From assembly GCA_902519695.1 (NCBI GenBank), contig CABYKN010000001.1, forward strand, positions 87,129 through 151,128: a stretch of DNA of 64,000 nucleotides, written 5' to 3'. Under the pieces are notes generated by a model. It saw only the letters and a list, made by a program, of their open reading frames with translations, did not search any database and had not been told where the DNA came from. The stretch comes from an uncultured Pelagibacteraceae bacterium (GTDB lineage: Bacteria > Pseudomonadota > Alphaproteobacteria > Pelagibacterales > Pelagibacteraceae). How positions within the stretch are numbered: the stretch's first letter is position 1; every line of letters starts with the position of its first letter. The translations under genes and the position numbers were made by a program. Below, in pieces: positions 1 through 8,599 of this stretch.

Positions 1-22
1 AATTCATATTTGTGATTAAATT

Positions 23-1096
23 TTAGACCGAGCTAAGATTATCTAAAATTTTTTTTGAACACTGTTCTGTACTACTAGAGCCTTGAAGATCTTTCGTTCG
101 ACTGTCTTTATCTTTAAGAGTTAATTCAATTGATTTTACTATTCTATCAGAAGCTTCTTTTTCACCTAAGTAATCTAACATCATTGCAGCTGACCAAATT
201 TGACCCACTGGATTAGCTATCCCTTGTCCCGCAATATCTGGCGCCGATCCATGAACGGGTTCAAATAATGATGGATACTTATTAGTTGGATTTATATTTC
301 CAGACGGTGCAATTCCAATAGTTCCAGTACAAGCTGGTCCTAGATCAGATAGAATATCCCCAAAAAGGTTCGATGCGACTATCACATCAAAGCGTTCAGG
401 ACTTAACACAAATCTAGCAGCTAATATATCGATATGGTATTGATCAGTTTCAACATCAGGATAATTTTTTTTATTTTCATTAAATCTTTCATCCCAATAA
501 GGCATTGTAATAGATATTCCATTTGATTTTGTAGCACTTGTTAGTTTTTTTCTTTTTCTTTTTTTAGCTAATTCAAATGCAAATTGTTGAACTCTATCTA
601 TTCCGTATTTTGACATTATTGTTTCTTGAATAACCACTTCTCTATCACTTCCCTGAAACATTCTTCCACCGACTGATGAGTATTCTCCTTCAGTATTTTC
701 TCTAACAATTATCATGTCAATATCACCTGGCTTTTTATTAGCTAATGGTGCATTTACACCTTCAAAAAGTTTTACAGGTCTTAAGTTAATAAATTGATCA
801 AACTCTCTTCTAAATTTTAACAATGATCCCCAAAGTGTTATGTGATCTGGATATTTATCTGGCATACCAACCGCACCAAAGAAAATTGCATCGTGTTTGG
901 TTAATTTATCTTTCCAGTCATCTGGCATCATTTTTCCATGCTTTTCATAATAATCACATGATGCAAAATCATAATCTTCTATATTTAATATAAATTGATG
1001 TTGTTTAGAAATTTCTTTTAATATTTTTTGTGCTTCAGGTACAACTTCTTTTCCAATGCCGTCACCAGCAATAGAAGCTATTGAATATTCTTTCAT
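23..1096 (-). CDS. Tartrate dehydrogenase / D-malate dehydrogenase (decarboxylating), IDH/IPMDH family
   Basis: GDGIGKEV start, IVRENTEGEYS, ATKSNGISITMPYWDE, SNLFGDILSDLGPACTG and FEPVHGSAPDIAG motifs typical of the TtuC/DmlA subfamily. Confidence 0.85.
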   Translation of the reverse strand: MKEYSIASIAGDGIGKEVVPEAQKILKEISKQHQFILNIEDYDFASCDYYEKHGKMMPDDWKDKLTKHDAIFFGAVGMPDKYPDHITLWGSLLKFRREFDQFINLRPVKLFEGVNAPLANKKPGDIDMIIVRENTEGEYSSVGGRMFQGSDREVVIQETIMSKYGIDRVQQFAFELAKKRKRKKLTSATKSNGISITMPYWDERFNENKKNYPDVETDQYHIDILAARFVLSPERFDVIVASNLFGDILSDLGPACTGTIGIAPSGNINPTNKYPSLFEPVHGSAPDIAGQGIANPVGQIWSAAMMLDYLGEKEASDRIVKSIELTLKDKDSRTKDLQGSSSTEQCSKKILDNLSSV

Positions 1097-2131
1097 TTAT
1101 TTAATGAATGTATCGTTAAATTGCTTAGTAACTCTGACAAAAGTTGTGCACTTACTTAATTGTTTTAAAGAGGGTGCGCCAACATATGTACAACTACTTC
1201 TTACACCACCTAAAATATTTAAAACGGTATCATTAATTTTACCACGGTATTTCACTCTGACTGTTCTTCCTTCGCTACTTCTGTAGTCTGATAGTCCGCC
1301 GTAATGTTTATTGTTAGCTGTTTCAGAACTCGATCCATAAAATTCGACATATTTAGAACCATTAGATTTTACCAATTTTCCTTTACCTTCATCATGACCT
1401 GCAAACATTCCTCCAAGCATAACAAAATCAGCTCCTCCACCAAATGCTTTAGCAACATCACCTGGACAAGTGCATCCACCATCTGCAATGATATGTGCAC
1501 CTAATCCATGAGCAGCATCAGCACATTCTATTACCGCACTTAACTGTGGATATCCAACTCCAGTTTGTATTCGTGTCGTACAAACACTACCTGGTCCAAT
1601 TCCAACTTTAACAATATCTGCACCTGACAAAATTAATTCTTGAGTCATATCAGCAGTAACAACATTGCCTGCTATGATTGTTTTTGTTGGATATTTATCC
1701 CTAACAGATTTTAAAAATTTACTAAAATGCTCTGAATAACCGTTTGCAACATCAATGCATATAAATTTAATGAAACTAAATTCTTTTAAAACTTTATCTA
1801 AATTTTGAAAATCTTCTTTTTTTGTTCCAATACTTAAAGCTACATTTGGATATATTGATTTAATTTTTTTAAATTGTTTAATTTTTTTTACATCATGTTG
1901 TTTTGTTAAACATGTAATCATTCCGTAATCAGATAATTTTTCGGCTACACCAAGTACGCCTACACCATCCATGTTAGCTGCCATTATAGGAATTCCAGAC
2001 CATTCGTTTTTACTGTATTTAAAACGATAGGTTCTCTTTAAATTAACATCTTTTCTACTTTTAAGAGTGCTTCTTTTAGGTCTAAAAAGTACGTCGGAAT
2101 AATCTAGTTTTAGCTCTTCTTCAATTCTCAC
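1097..2131 (-). CDS. guaC: GMP reductase
   Basis: [47 protein letters not shown]. Start moved to GTG at 2131 (VRIEEELKL) to match the usual GuaC N-terminus; ORF track starts at 2149. Confidence 0.93.
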   Translation of the reverse strand: MRIEEELKLDYSDVLFRPKRSTLKSRKDVNLKRTYRFKYSKNEWSGIPIMAANMDGVGVLGVAEKLSDYGMITCLTKQHDVKKIKQFKKIKSIYPNVALSIGTKKEDFQNLDKVLKEFSFIKFICIDVANGYSEHFSKFLKSVRDKYPTKTIIAGNVVTADMTQELILSGADIVKVGIGPGSVCTTRIQTGVGYPQLSAVIECADAAHGLGAHIIADGGCTCPGDVAKAFGGGADFVMLGGMFAGHDEGKGKLVKSNGSKYVEFYGSSSETANNKHYGGLSDYRSSEGRTVRVKYRGKINDTVLNILGGVRSSCTYVGAPSLKQLSKCTTFVRVTKQFNDTFIK

Positions 2132-2253
2132 AAAAATGAAGGTATACATCCAATGAATGATAATTCAATTTAATAATTAAGCTAATTAACGTTGTATTTG
2201 AACAATTTTAAAATTATTTATTGAATTATAAAAATATAAATTAAGATAAATAA

Positions 2254-3129
2254 ATGTTTGAAGGTTTTAAGAGTAAATACGTAAAAGTAAAAAAAGGTAA
2301 AGTCTTTTGCAAAGTTAAAGGAGATGGTCCTCCTTTATTATTGCTCCATGGTTACCCTCAAACGCATTTAATGTGGCATAAAACAGCTCCAGAGTTATCT
2401 AAAATTTTTACAGTTGTTGCAGCAGACCTAAGAGGTTATGGAAATAGTTTAGCTCCACCATCTGACAGTAAACATTTTAATTATTCTAAAAGAGAAATGG
2501 CGAGTGACATGAAACAAATGATGGTAAAATTGGGGTATGCCAAGTTTTTTGTTGCAGGCCATGATAGGGGTGGAAGAGTTGCTCATAGATTGGCAAGAGA
2601 TCACAGAAAAAACGTGCTTGCTCTCAGCGTTTTAGATATTTGTCCAACTTTAGATATGTACGAACTAACAACTAGAGATTTTGCAAAAGCTTACTTCCAT
2701 TGGTTTTTCTTAATTCAACCAAAATGGCTACCTGAAAGAATGATAATGAGTGATCCAAGAAAATGGATGAAGTATTGCTTGGATAAATGGTCTGGCAATC
2801 ATAAATTTGGAAAAGTTGAAGAGGGTTACATAAAGTGCTTTAAACAACCAAAGAGAATACATGGATCATGTGAAGATTATAGAGCATCTGCTACAATTGA
2901 TCTTGATCATGACAGACATGATAGAAAGAAAAAATTAAATATTCCAGTTCAAGTATTGTGGGGAAAAAATGGTGTTATAGGCAAACAATTTAAACCGATT
3001 AAAATTTGGCAAAAATATTCAAATAAAAAAGTTGTTGGAGTTGCTGTTAAATCTGGACATTTTATACCAGAGCAAAATCCCAAAGAAACAATTAAACAAT
3101 TAAAAAGTTTCTTTTTAAAAAATGCTTAA
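2254..3129 (+). CDS. Haloacetate/fluoroacetate dehalogenase-like alpha/beta hydrolase
   Basis: LLHGYPQTH, GHDRGGRV (Asp nucleophile plus two Arg), YFHWFF, EDYRA, GHF. Confidence 0.8.
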   Translation: MFEGFKSKYVKVKKGKVFCKVKGDGPPLLLLHGYPQTHLMWHKTAPELSKIFTVVAADLRGYGNSLAPPSDSKHFNYSKREMASDMKQMMVKLGYAKFFVAGHDRGGRVAHRLARDHRKNVLALSVLDICPTLDMYELTTRDFAKAYFHWFFLIQPKWLPERMIMSDPRKWMKYCLDKWSGNHKFGKVEEGYIKCFKQPKRIHGSCEDYRASATIDLDHDRHDRKKKLNIPVQVLWGKNGVIGKQFKPIKIWQKYSNKKVVGVAVKSGHFIPEQNPKETIKQLKSFFLKNA

Positions 3130-3910
3130 AATTATTCCTAATAAAAAAAATATAGGCGCAGAATTAGTCTGCGATTTAAATAAAATTAATAATTCTTCAC
3201 TAAAAAAAATTAAATCTGCCTTATCGAAATATGGAATGATTTATTTTAGAAACCAAAAATTAAGCTCTAATCATTATGTAAAATTTGCAAAAAAATTTGG
3301 AAAACTAGCAAACTACCCAAGACTTAAAGGATTGAATAAAAAATATCCTCAAATAACTGTTGTTCAAAGAAAATCAACTGACAAAGGCCCTAGTTTTGGA
3401 GAGCAATTTCATACTGATTCAATTTATACTAAAAAACCGCCTAGATTTACTATGTTACTTTCTAAATTAGTTCCAAAAAAAGGTCAGGCAAACACAGATT
3501 TCTGTTCCCAATATTTAGCTTATGAAAAATTACCAACTAAATTTAAAAGAAGGTTTAAAAACGAAAAATGCATATTTTCATCAGAAGGACCTATTTCTGT
3601 AACAAGATTAGAAAGAGAGAAAGAAAAGGGGAAAAAAGCTAAAGAACTTATTTCAAAGCATAAATTAATTAGAAAAATAAATAGTAAATATACTTTATAC
3701 TGTAGTCCTGGACACTTTATTCGTTTTAATAACAGCAAAATTGACAAAAAATTAAAAACTTATTTATTTAAACACCAATTAAAAAAAAGTTTTCAATATT
3801 CTTTAGAATGGGAAAAGAACCAATTAGCCATTTGGGATAATAGATCTATGCTTCATCAAGCAACAGCTTTTAAAGGTAATAGAATTATGCATAGAATTAC
3901 TGTCCAATAA
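3122..3910 (+). CDS. TauD/TfdA family 2-oxoglutarate/Fe(II) dioxygenase
   Basis: IGAE near N-terminus, FHTD (HxD), WDNRSMLH, RIMHRITV. Confidence 0.85.
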   Translation: MLKIIPNKKNIGAELVCDLNKINNSSLKKIKSALSKYGMIYFRNQKLSSNHYVKFAKKFGKLANYPRLKGLNKKYPQITVVQRKSTDKGPSFGEQFHTDSIYTKKPPRFTMLLSKLVPKKGQANTDFCSQYLAYEKLPTKFKRRFKNEKCIFSSEGPISVTRLEREKEKGKKAKELISKHKLIRKINSKYTLYCSPGHFIRFNNSKIDKKLKTYLFKHQLKKSFQYSLEWEKNQLAIWDNRSMLHQATAFKGNRIMHRITVQ

Positions 3911-4833
3911 TGTTTCAAGTATTCCTAGGATTAACTCCATTTATTGGTGTCACTCTTATTGGTTATATTTTAGGATATATTAAAATATTCGATTTACAGA
4001 AGGCTAGAATATTTAATTTATTTTCATTTTATATAGCGGTACCAGCTTTAATCATAAAACTAGTTGCGCAAAGTGATATTGGTGAAATAGATGTATCTCA
4101 AATTTCATCATATTTTTTAATGCAGTTAACAAGTGGAATATTTGCTTTTTTATTAACTAAAAATACTTTTAAAAGGTCAATTCAGGAGTCTATTATTTGG
4201 GCTTTAACTGTTGCTTTATCCAATCACGTAATATTAGTCTTACCTATTGCAGAAATATTTTTTGCAGGAAGTACGATAACTCAAATATCAGGTATTATTT
4301 TAATGGATAGTGTAGTTTTACTATCCATAGTTAGTTTCTTTTTAGAACTTACTGTAAAAAAAAGAATTAAATTATTTCAGTTTTTAAGAAATTTAATATT
4401 AAATCCGATGATATTAGCAATATTAATTGGATTGATTATAAGAATTTCAAAGATCAATATAGACGAAACACCATTTGAGTATATTCTTCAAAGACTGGCT
4501 GCATGTGTGATGCCAGTTGGTTTATTTGCAATTGGTATCATTCTATCTTTTTATTCAAAAAAAGTTTTCAATAAATTAACAATTACTATCTCAATATTGA
4601 AACTTATTGTATCACCATTGATTTTGCTGATCTTAGGTTACACATTTTTTAGCTTATCAAATCCAATAAATTTTGCTGGAGCTTTGTTGGTTAGTGTTGG
4701 CCCATGTGGAGCTACCTCAATTGTTATGTGTTCTGCATATAATGTAAGTCCAGAAAATATTATTAAGGCAATATTTATTTCAACATTTGCTTCAATATTT
4801 ACTTTTTTATTTACTATAAATTTATTAAATTAA
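3910..4833 (+). CDS. AEC family (auxin efflux carrier/malate permease-like) transporter
   Basis: About 10 hydrophobic helices; YIAVPAL, LNPMILA and KLIVSP motifs. Confidence 0.75.
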   Translation: MFQVFLGLTPFIGVTLIGYILGYIKIFDLQKARIFNLFSFYIAVPALIIKLVAQSDIGEIDVSQISSYFLMQLTSGIFAFLLTKNTFKRSIQESIIWALTVALSNHVILVLPIAEIFFAGSTITQISGIILMDSVVLLSIVSFFLELTVKKRIKLFQFLRNLILNPMILAILIGLIIRISKINIDETPFEYILQRLAACVMPVGLFAIGIILSFYSKKVFNKLTITISILKLIVSPLILLILGYTFFSLSNPINFAGALLVSVGPCGATSIVMCSAYNVSPENIIKAIFISTFASIFTFLFTINLLN

Positions 4834-4838
4834 AAATT

Positions 4839-5288
4839 ATGTATAAAAAAATATTTAGCATTCTTTTCATTTTTCTTTTTTTATCATCGATCTCAATAGC
4901 CAAAGATAAAATAGATGAAACCATTGATAAAACTACTGATTTTTTAAAATCTATAACTAAGAAAAGCTTGAATAAATCCCAAACAGCAGAATTTTTAAAT
5001 AATTATGCAATAACATTAGAAGATGAGAGGAATCAAGGTGTTGTAACTTATATATTTGATGAAAAAAATTATAAAAGATACCAAGATGGAAAAGTTATTT
5101 CAGAAGATGGATGGAGATTTACAAATTTAGGTAAGTTAAGAGTTTTTTCAGGTGATATTAAATTAACTTGGAAATTTAAACTTGATAAGCAAAACGTAAT
5201 AGTAATTAAAACTAAATTTCAACCACTTGGAAAAGAATATCCTTTTACCTATCAATTAAAAGATAAGTTCTTTGAACAATTAAATTAA
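4839..5288 (+). CDS. Hypothetical exported protein
   Basis: 149-aa ORF with signal-peptide-like N-terminus (MYKK, hydrophobic stretch, SIA). Confidence 0.65.
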   Translation: MYKKIFSILFIFLFLSSISIAKDKIDETIDKTTDFLKSITKKSLNKSQTAEFLNNYAITLEDERNQGVVTYIFDEKNYKRYQDGKVISEDGWRFTNLGKLRVFSGDIKLTWKFKLDKQNVIVIKTKFQPLGKEYPFTYQLKDKFFEQLN

Positions 5289-5402
5289 ATGTCAAAAAGA
5301 TATAGTGGAAAATCATTTAAAGACTCTAGTGTGATGAAAAAAGTTAAACTTTCTCTAAAGGAAAAACGAAAAATTAAAAAAGATAAGAAAAAGAACAAGT
5401 GA
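5289..5402 (+). CDS. Possible small, very basic protein (37 aa) not in the ORF track
   Basis: ATG directly after the upstream stop; translates MSKRYSGKSFKDSSVMKKVKLSLKEKRKIKKDKKKNK*; fills the gap up to the tRNA promoter. Confidence 0.4.
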   Translation: MSKRYSGKSFKDSSVMKKVKLSLKEKRKIKKDKKKNK

Positions 5403-5410
5403 AATCTTGT

Positions 5411-5438
5411 TTGCATCAAAAAATAAAAGTAGTATAAA
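5411..5438 (+). promoter_or_regulatory. Putative sigma70 promoter of tRNA-Met
   Basis: TTGCAT-16 nt-TATAAA ending 15 nt before the tRNA. Confidence 0.5.
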
Positions 5439-5453
5439 CCAACAATTATTTAC

Positions 5454-5530
5454 GGCGGGGTAGCTCAGTTGGTTAGAGCGCGGGACTCATAAGCCCGAGG
5501 TCAGTGGTTCGATCCCACTTCCCGCTACCA
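5454..5530 (+). tRNA. tRNA-Met (CAT), probably elongator
   Basis: 77 nt GGCGGGG...TAGCTCAGTTGGTTAGAGC...CTCATAA...GGTTCGATCC...CCCGCTACCA with encoded CCA; G1 rather than the initiator C1 mismatch. Confidence 0.93.
5484..5530 (+). repeat. Direct repeat copy 1 (att site within tRNA 3' half)
   Basis: GACTCATAAGCCCGAGGTCAGTGGTTCGATCCCACTTCCCGCTACCA is identical to 7124-7170. Confidence 0.95.
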
Positions 5531-5571
5531 TTCTAGAAGCATTGGTCTGTTTTGCGTCTCTGAGGCGTCAA

Positions 5572-6612
5572 TTAAAAATTGATATAAACTTGAAAAGCTA
5601 TCCCACATAAAATAGCTCCACCAAAACCAAAAATAAGATAAGCAATAAATGTTGAACGATCAACTAAAGACCAAACTGCTGTCATTGCAGGAATAGAACT
5701 GATTGCGCCACCAACCAAAAATGCCATTGCACCTCCAGCACTCAAACCTTGTTCAATTAATCCAGATACAATTGCAGGTGCTGCATAAGAATTTAAGTAG
5801 GCTGGTACACCAGCAAAAGCACCAATTATAATTGAAGATAATCCATCACCAGATAAAAAATTTCCTATAAATTGCGCTGACATGAATTGAACCATTAATG
5901 CCTCAATTAGATAAGCAAGAGATAACCATTTTAATAAAAACAACCCATTTGTTATGAACTCTTTTTTAAAGGTATCTATTCTCTCAGTTTTAATCCAAAA
6001 CTTTAATACTATCTCTTGGTCAAAAGGATCTTTAGTATCACAACAAGATCCGCAACCAGATTTAGTCTGTTGCTTTAATGGACTAGCAAACATTCCAAAT
6101 TTTGATAAAAAATAAATTCCAAAACCACCTACTAATCCAATTGCTAAAGCAGATATAGTTTTTGCAATTGCATAATCCCAATTTAATGCACTTGCGGTGA
6201 TTAATAACGCTGGAGGATCAATTAAAGGAGATGACAACCAAAAAGCCATCACGGCTGAGAGTGGCACTCCTAAAGCTAACATACTTGCAATAAATGGAAT
6301 AACTTCACATGAACAAAAAGGAGCCAGTCCACCAACAAGAGTTGCAATAAAAATAGTTTTAACTTCTTTACCTTTAAAAGCTTTTGAAACTATACTTTCG
6401 GCACCACTTGCTTTTAAGTAAGCAACTAAGCTAACAGCAAATAGAATAAACGGGATAGTTCCCATTAAAGCTTTTAGAGCAAAAGTAATAATCGAATTAA
6501 ATTCCTTAGGTATGAAGATAAACACCAATAATGATATAAATAACACTAAAGTCCAAACTGATTTAAAACTAAATTTTTCTATGTTGATATTTTTTAAAAT
6601 TAAAGTTTTCAT
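5572..6612 (-). CDS. arsP: ArsP-like (DUF318) permease, putative organoarsenical efflux
   Basis: APFCSCEVIP and SSPLID motifs, many TM helices, Cys-rich loop GCGSCC; coupled to an ArsR gene. Confidence 0.75.
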   Translation of the reverse strand: MKTLILKNINIEKFSFKSVWTLVLFISLLVFIFIPKEFNSIITFALKALMGTIPFILFAVSLVAYLKASGAESIVSKAFKGKEVKTIFIATLVGGLAPFCSCEVIPFIASMLALGVPLSAVMAFWLSSPLIDPPALLITASALNWDYAIAKTISALAIGLVGGFGIYFLSKFGMFASPLKQQTKSGCGSCCDTKDPFDQEIVLKFWIKTERIDTFKKEFITNGLFLLKWLSLAYLIEALMVQFMSAQFIGNFLSGDGLSSIIIGAFAGVPAYLNSYAAPAIVSGLIEQGLSAGGAMAFLVGGAISSIPAMTAVWSLVDRSTFIAYLIFGFGGAILCGIAFQVYINF

Positions 6613-6914
6613 TATTTTCTTTTTTTCTCATTTACACAGCATTCTTTTAAAAGATAATTGGCCAATTGCTGTATATGTTTAAACTCTGCAAAATTTAAAA
6701 TAGATCTACCTTTTTGTTCTTGATTAATAAGATTTGCTTTTTTTAGATGATCTAGGTGATGAGCTAAAGTTGAAAGGGGAATTTTAACTAATTTTTGGAT
6801 TTCTCCAATTGTTAACCCTTTTGATCCAACTTTAACAAGTTCTGTTAGAACAACCAACCTAGATTTTGAACCAACGGCGTTAAATCCTTTTGCAGCTGTT
6901 ATGTTATTTATCAT
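6612..6914 (-). CDS. arsR: ArsR/SmtB family repressor with C-terminal vicinal Cys pair
   Basis: GLTIGEI...STLAHHL..L..ANLI.Q...GR winged HTH; ends LLKECCVNEKKRK. Confidence 0.85.
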   Translation of the reverse strand: MINNITAAKGFNAVGSKSRLVVLTELVKVGSKGLTIGEIQKLVKIPLSTLAHHLDHLKKANLINQEQKGRSILNFAEFKHIQQLANYLLKECCVNEKKRK

Positions 6915-6916
6915 AG

Positions 6917-6944
6917 CTAAATAACTATATAACTAGTTATTTAG
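6917..6944. promoter_or_regulatory. Putative ArsR operator overlapping the arsR-arsP promoter
   Basis: Perfect 11-6-11 inverted repeat CTAAATAACTA-tataac-TAGTTATTTAG 2 nt upstream of the arsR ATG; minus-strand TTGATT(6953-6948)-18-TATAGT(6929-6924). Confidence 0.7.
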
Positions 6945-7123
6945 TTTAATCAACTTTTTTTTATTTTTTTAAATCAATCAAGTACTTTTATTGCTCCATA
7001 TACGCGTCAATGACATTGGTTCTTGACTAAGATTCTTTAATTTGCTTCAATAACACTAGAAAGGAAAGAGAGCATTTACAGGAGTAATTGTTCTAGAGTA
7101 GGTGATAAGGGTTCATGGCGATA

Positions 7124-7170
7124 GACTCATAAGCCCGAGGTCAGTGGTTCGATCCCACTTCCCGCTACCA
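7124..7170 (+). repeat. Direct repeat copy 2 (distal att site; tRNA-Met 3' fragment)
   Basis: Identical to 5484-5530; lacks the 5' half of the tRNA. Confidence 0.95.
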
Positions 7171-7698
7171 TCAATGACCAGGAAAATCTAAAAGATTTTC
7201 AACTGGATATCCCTTTTTAACTAGATTATATGTGCCACCTAAATCAAAAAGATTTATTACAAATATAAATCCAGCCACTTTACTTTTTGATATCTCTATT
7301 AATTTAGCGGCTGCTTCTGCAGTACCACCAGTAGCAATTAAATCATCAATTATTAAAACTTTATCACCTTCATCGAATGAGTCTTTATGGACTTCTATAG
7401 TGGCAGTTCCATACTCAAGTTCAAAGTCTACTGAATGAACGTCAGCAGGTAATTTATTTTTTTTTCGCAACATTATAAATGGTTTATCGAGTATATAAGA
7501 AATAGCTGATGCAAAAACAAATCCTCTAGACTCTACAGCTCCAATTTTATTAAACTGGAATTTTTTTGATCTTTCTACAATTTGGTTTATACATTCTTTA
7601 AATGCTTTTTCATTTTTAATAAGTGTTGTTATATCTCTGAAAAGAATTCCCTTTTTAGGATAATCTTGAATTGATCTAATATGTTCTTTTAAATCCAT
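7171..7698 (-). CDS. apt: Adenine phosphoribosyltransferase
   Basis: IRSIQDYPKKGILFRDIT, ESRGF, LEYG, VLIIDDLIATGGT. True start MDLKEH at 7698; the ORF-track extension to 7866 overlaps mtnP. Confidence 0.95.
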   Translation of the reverse strand: MDLKEHIRSIQDYPKKGILFRDITTLIKNEKAFKECINQIVERSKKFQFNKIGAVESRGFVFASAISYILDKPFIMLRKKNKLPADVHSVDFELEYGTATIEVHKDSFDEGDKVLIIDDLIATGGTAEAAAKLIEISKSKVAGFIFVINLFDLGGTYNLVKKGYPVENLLDFPGH

Positions 7699-7726
7699 TA
7701 ATCTTAAATATAATCTAAATAAATAT

Positions 7727-8599
7727 ATGACAAATAATAAATTAGCAATTATTGGCGGTAGTGGATTATATGATGTTGAAGAGTTTAAAGACAGAGAAAC
7801 TCTTGATTTAAATACCCCATGGGGAAAACCCTCAGATTTAATATTAAAAGCCAAATATAACAGCAAAGAAATTTATTTTTTACCAAGACATGGAAAAGGT
7901 CATTTTATCTCTCCATCAAAAATAAATTTTAGAGCAAATATTGATGCACTTAAACAACTGGGTATTACGGATATAGTATCTGTATCAGCTGTAGGATCTT
8001 TAAAGGAAGATTTACCCCCTGGTAAATTTGTTATCGTTGATCAGTTTATTGATAGAACCTTTGCAAGAAATAAAACTTTTTTTGATGATGAAATTGTTGC
8101 GCATGTATCAATGGCACATCCAACTTCAAATGGACTGATGAACGCTTGCGAAGATGCTATAAAAAAAGAGAGTATACCTTATCAAAGAGGTGGAACTTAT
8201 ATTGTAATGGAAGGTCCGCAATTTTCCACATTAGCAGAGTCAAACCTATATAGATCTTGGAAAGCTGATGTTATTGGAATGACAAATATGCCAGAAGCTA
8301 AACTAGCAAGAGAAGCAGAAATTAGATATGCATCGGTATCGATGGTAACAGATTATGATTGCTGGCATCCAGATCATGAAAATGTTGATGTTCAACAAGT
8401 TATAAAAGTGCTCTTAGATAATGCCGCGAAAGCAAAAAATATGATTAAAAACTTGATAGAGAACTTTGAAAATCACATTGATCCTAATGATCCAACTAAT
8501 AATTGCTTAGATGTTGCAATAATTACTGCTCCAGAAAAAATAACTCAAAAAACCAAAGATAAATTACAAACAATTGCAGGAAGAGTTCTTAATAAATGA
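7727..8599 (+). CDS. mtnP: S-methyl-5'-thioadenosine phosphorylase
   Basis: IIGGSG, TPWGKPS, PRHG, MEGPQFST, GMT, TDYDCW. Confidence 0.93.
   Translation: MTNNKLAIIGGSGLYDVEEFKDRETLDLNTPWGKPSDLILKAKYNSKEIYFLPRHGKGHFISPSKINFRANIDALKQLGITDIVSVSAVGSLKEDLPPGKFVIVDQFIDRTFARNKTFFDDEIVAHVSMAHPTSNGLMNACEDAIKKESIPYQRGGTYIVMEGPQFSTLAESNLYRSWKADVIGMTNMPEAKLAREAEIRYASVSMVTDYDCWHPDHENVDVQQVIKVLLDNAAKAKNMIKNLIENFENHIDPNDPTNNCLDVAIITAPEKITQKTKDKLQTIAGRVLNK

Larger units (their letters stand above)
5484..7170. mobile_element. tRNA-Met-anchored genomic islet (arsR-arsP cargo, no integrase)
   Basis: Bounded by a perfect 47-bp duplication of the tRNA 3' end; only two cargo genes. Confidence 0.85.

Noticed and set aside
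2254-3910. Extreme lysine richness as a special adaptation
   Set aside because: Also seen in prpD, the nitrilase and others; explained by AT-biased codon usage
5481-5497. A31:G39 mismatch in the tRNA anticodon stem as a sign of a pseudogene
   Set aside because: The rest of the cloverleaf, the CCA and a promoter are intact, and I recall the same GACTCATAAGCC pattern in other bacterial tRNA-Met genes
6954-7123. Integrase remnant inside the islet
   Set aside because: No ORF or tyrosine/serine recombinase motif is recognisable in this 170-bp stretch
7124-7170. Second tRNA-Met gene
   Set aside because: Only the 3' 47 nt are present; the upstream sequence cannot form the D-arm or acceptor stem, so it is an att fragment
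7699-7866. N-terminal extension of Apt in the ORF track (231 aa)
   Set aside because: It overlaps mtnP on the opposite strand; Apt homology begins at MDLKEH (7698)
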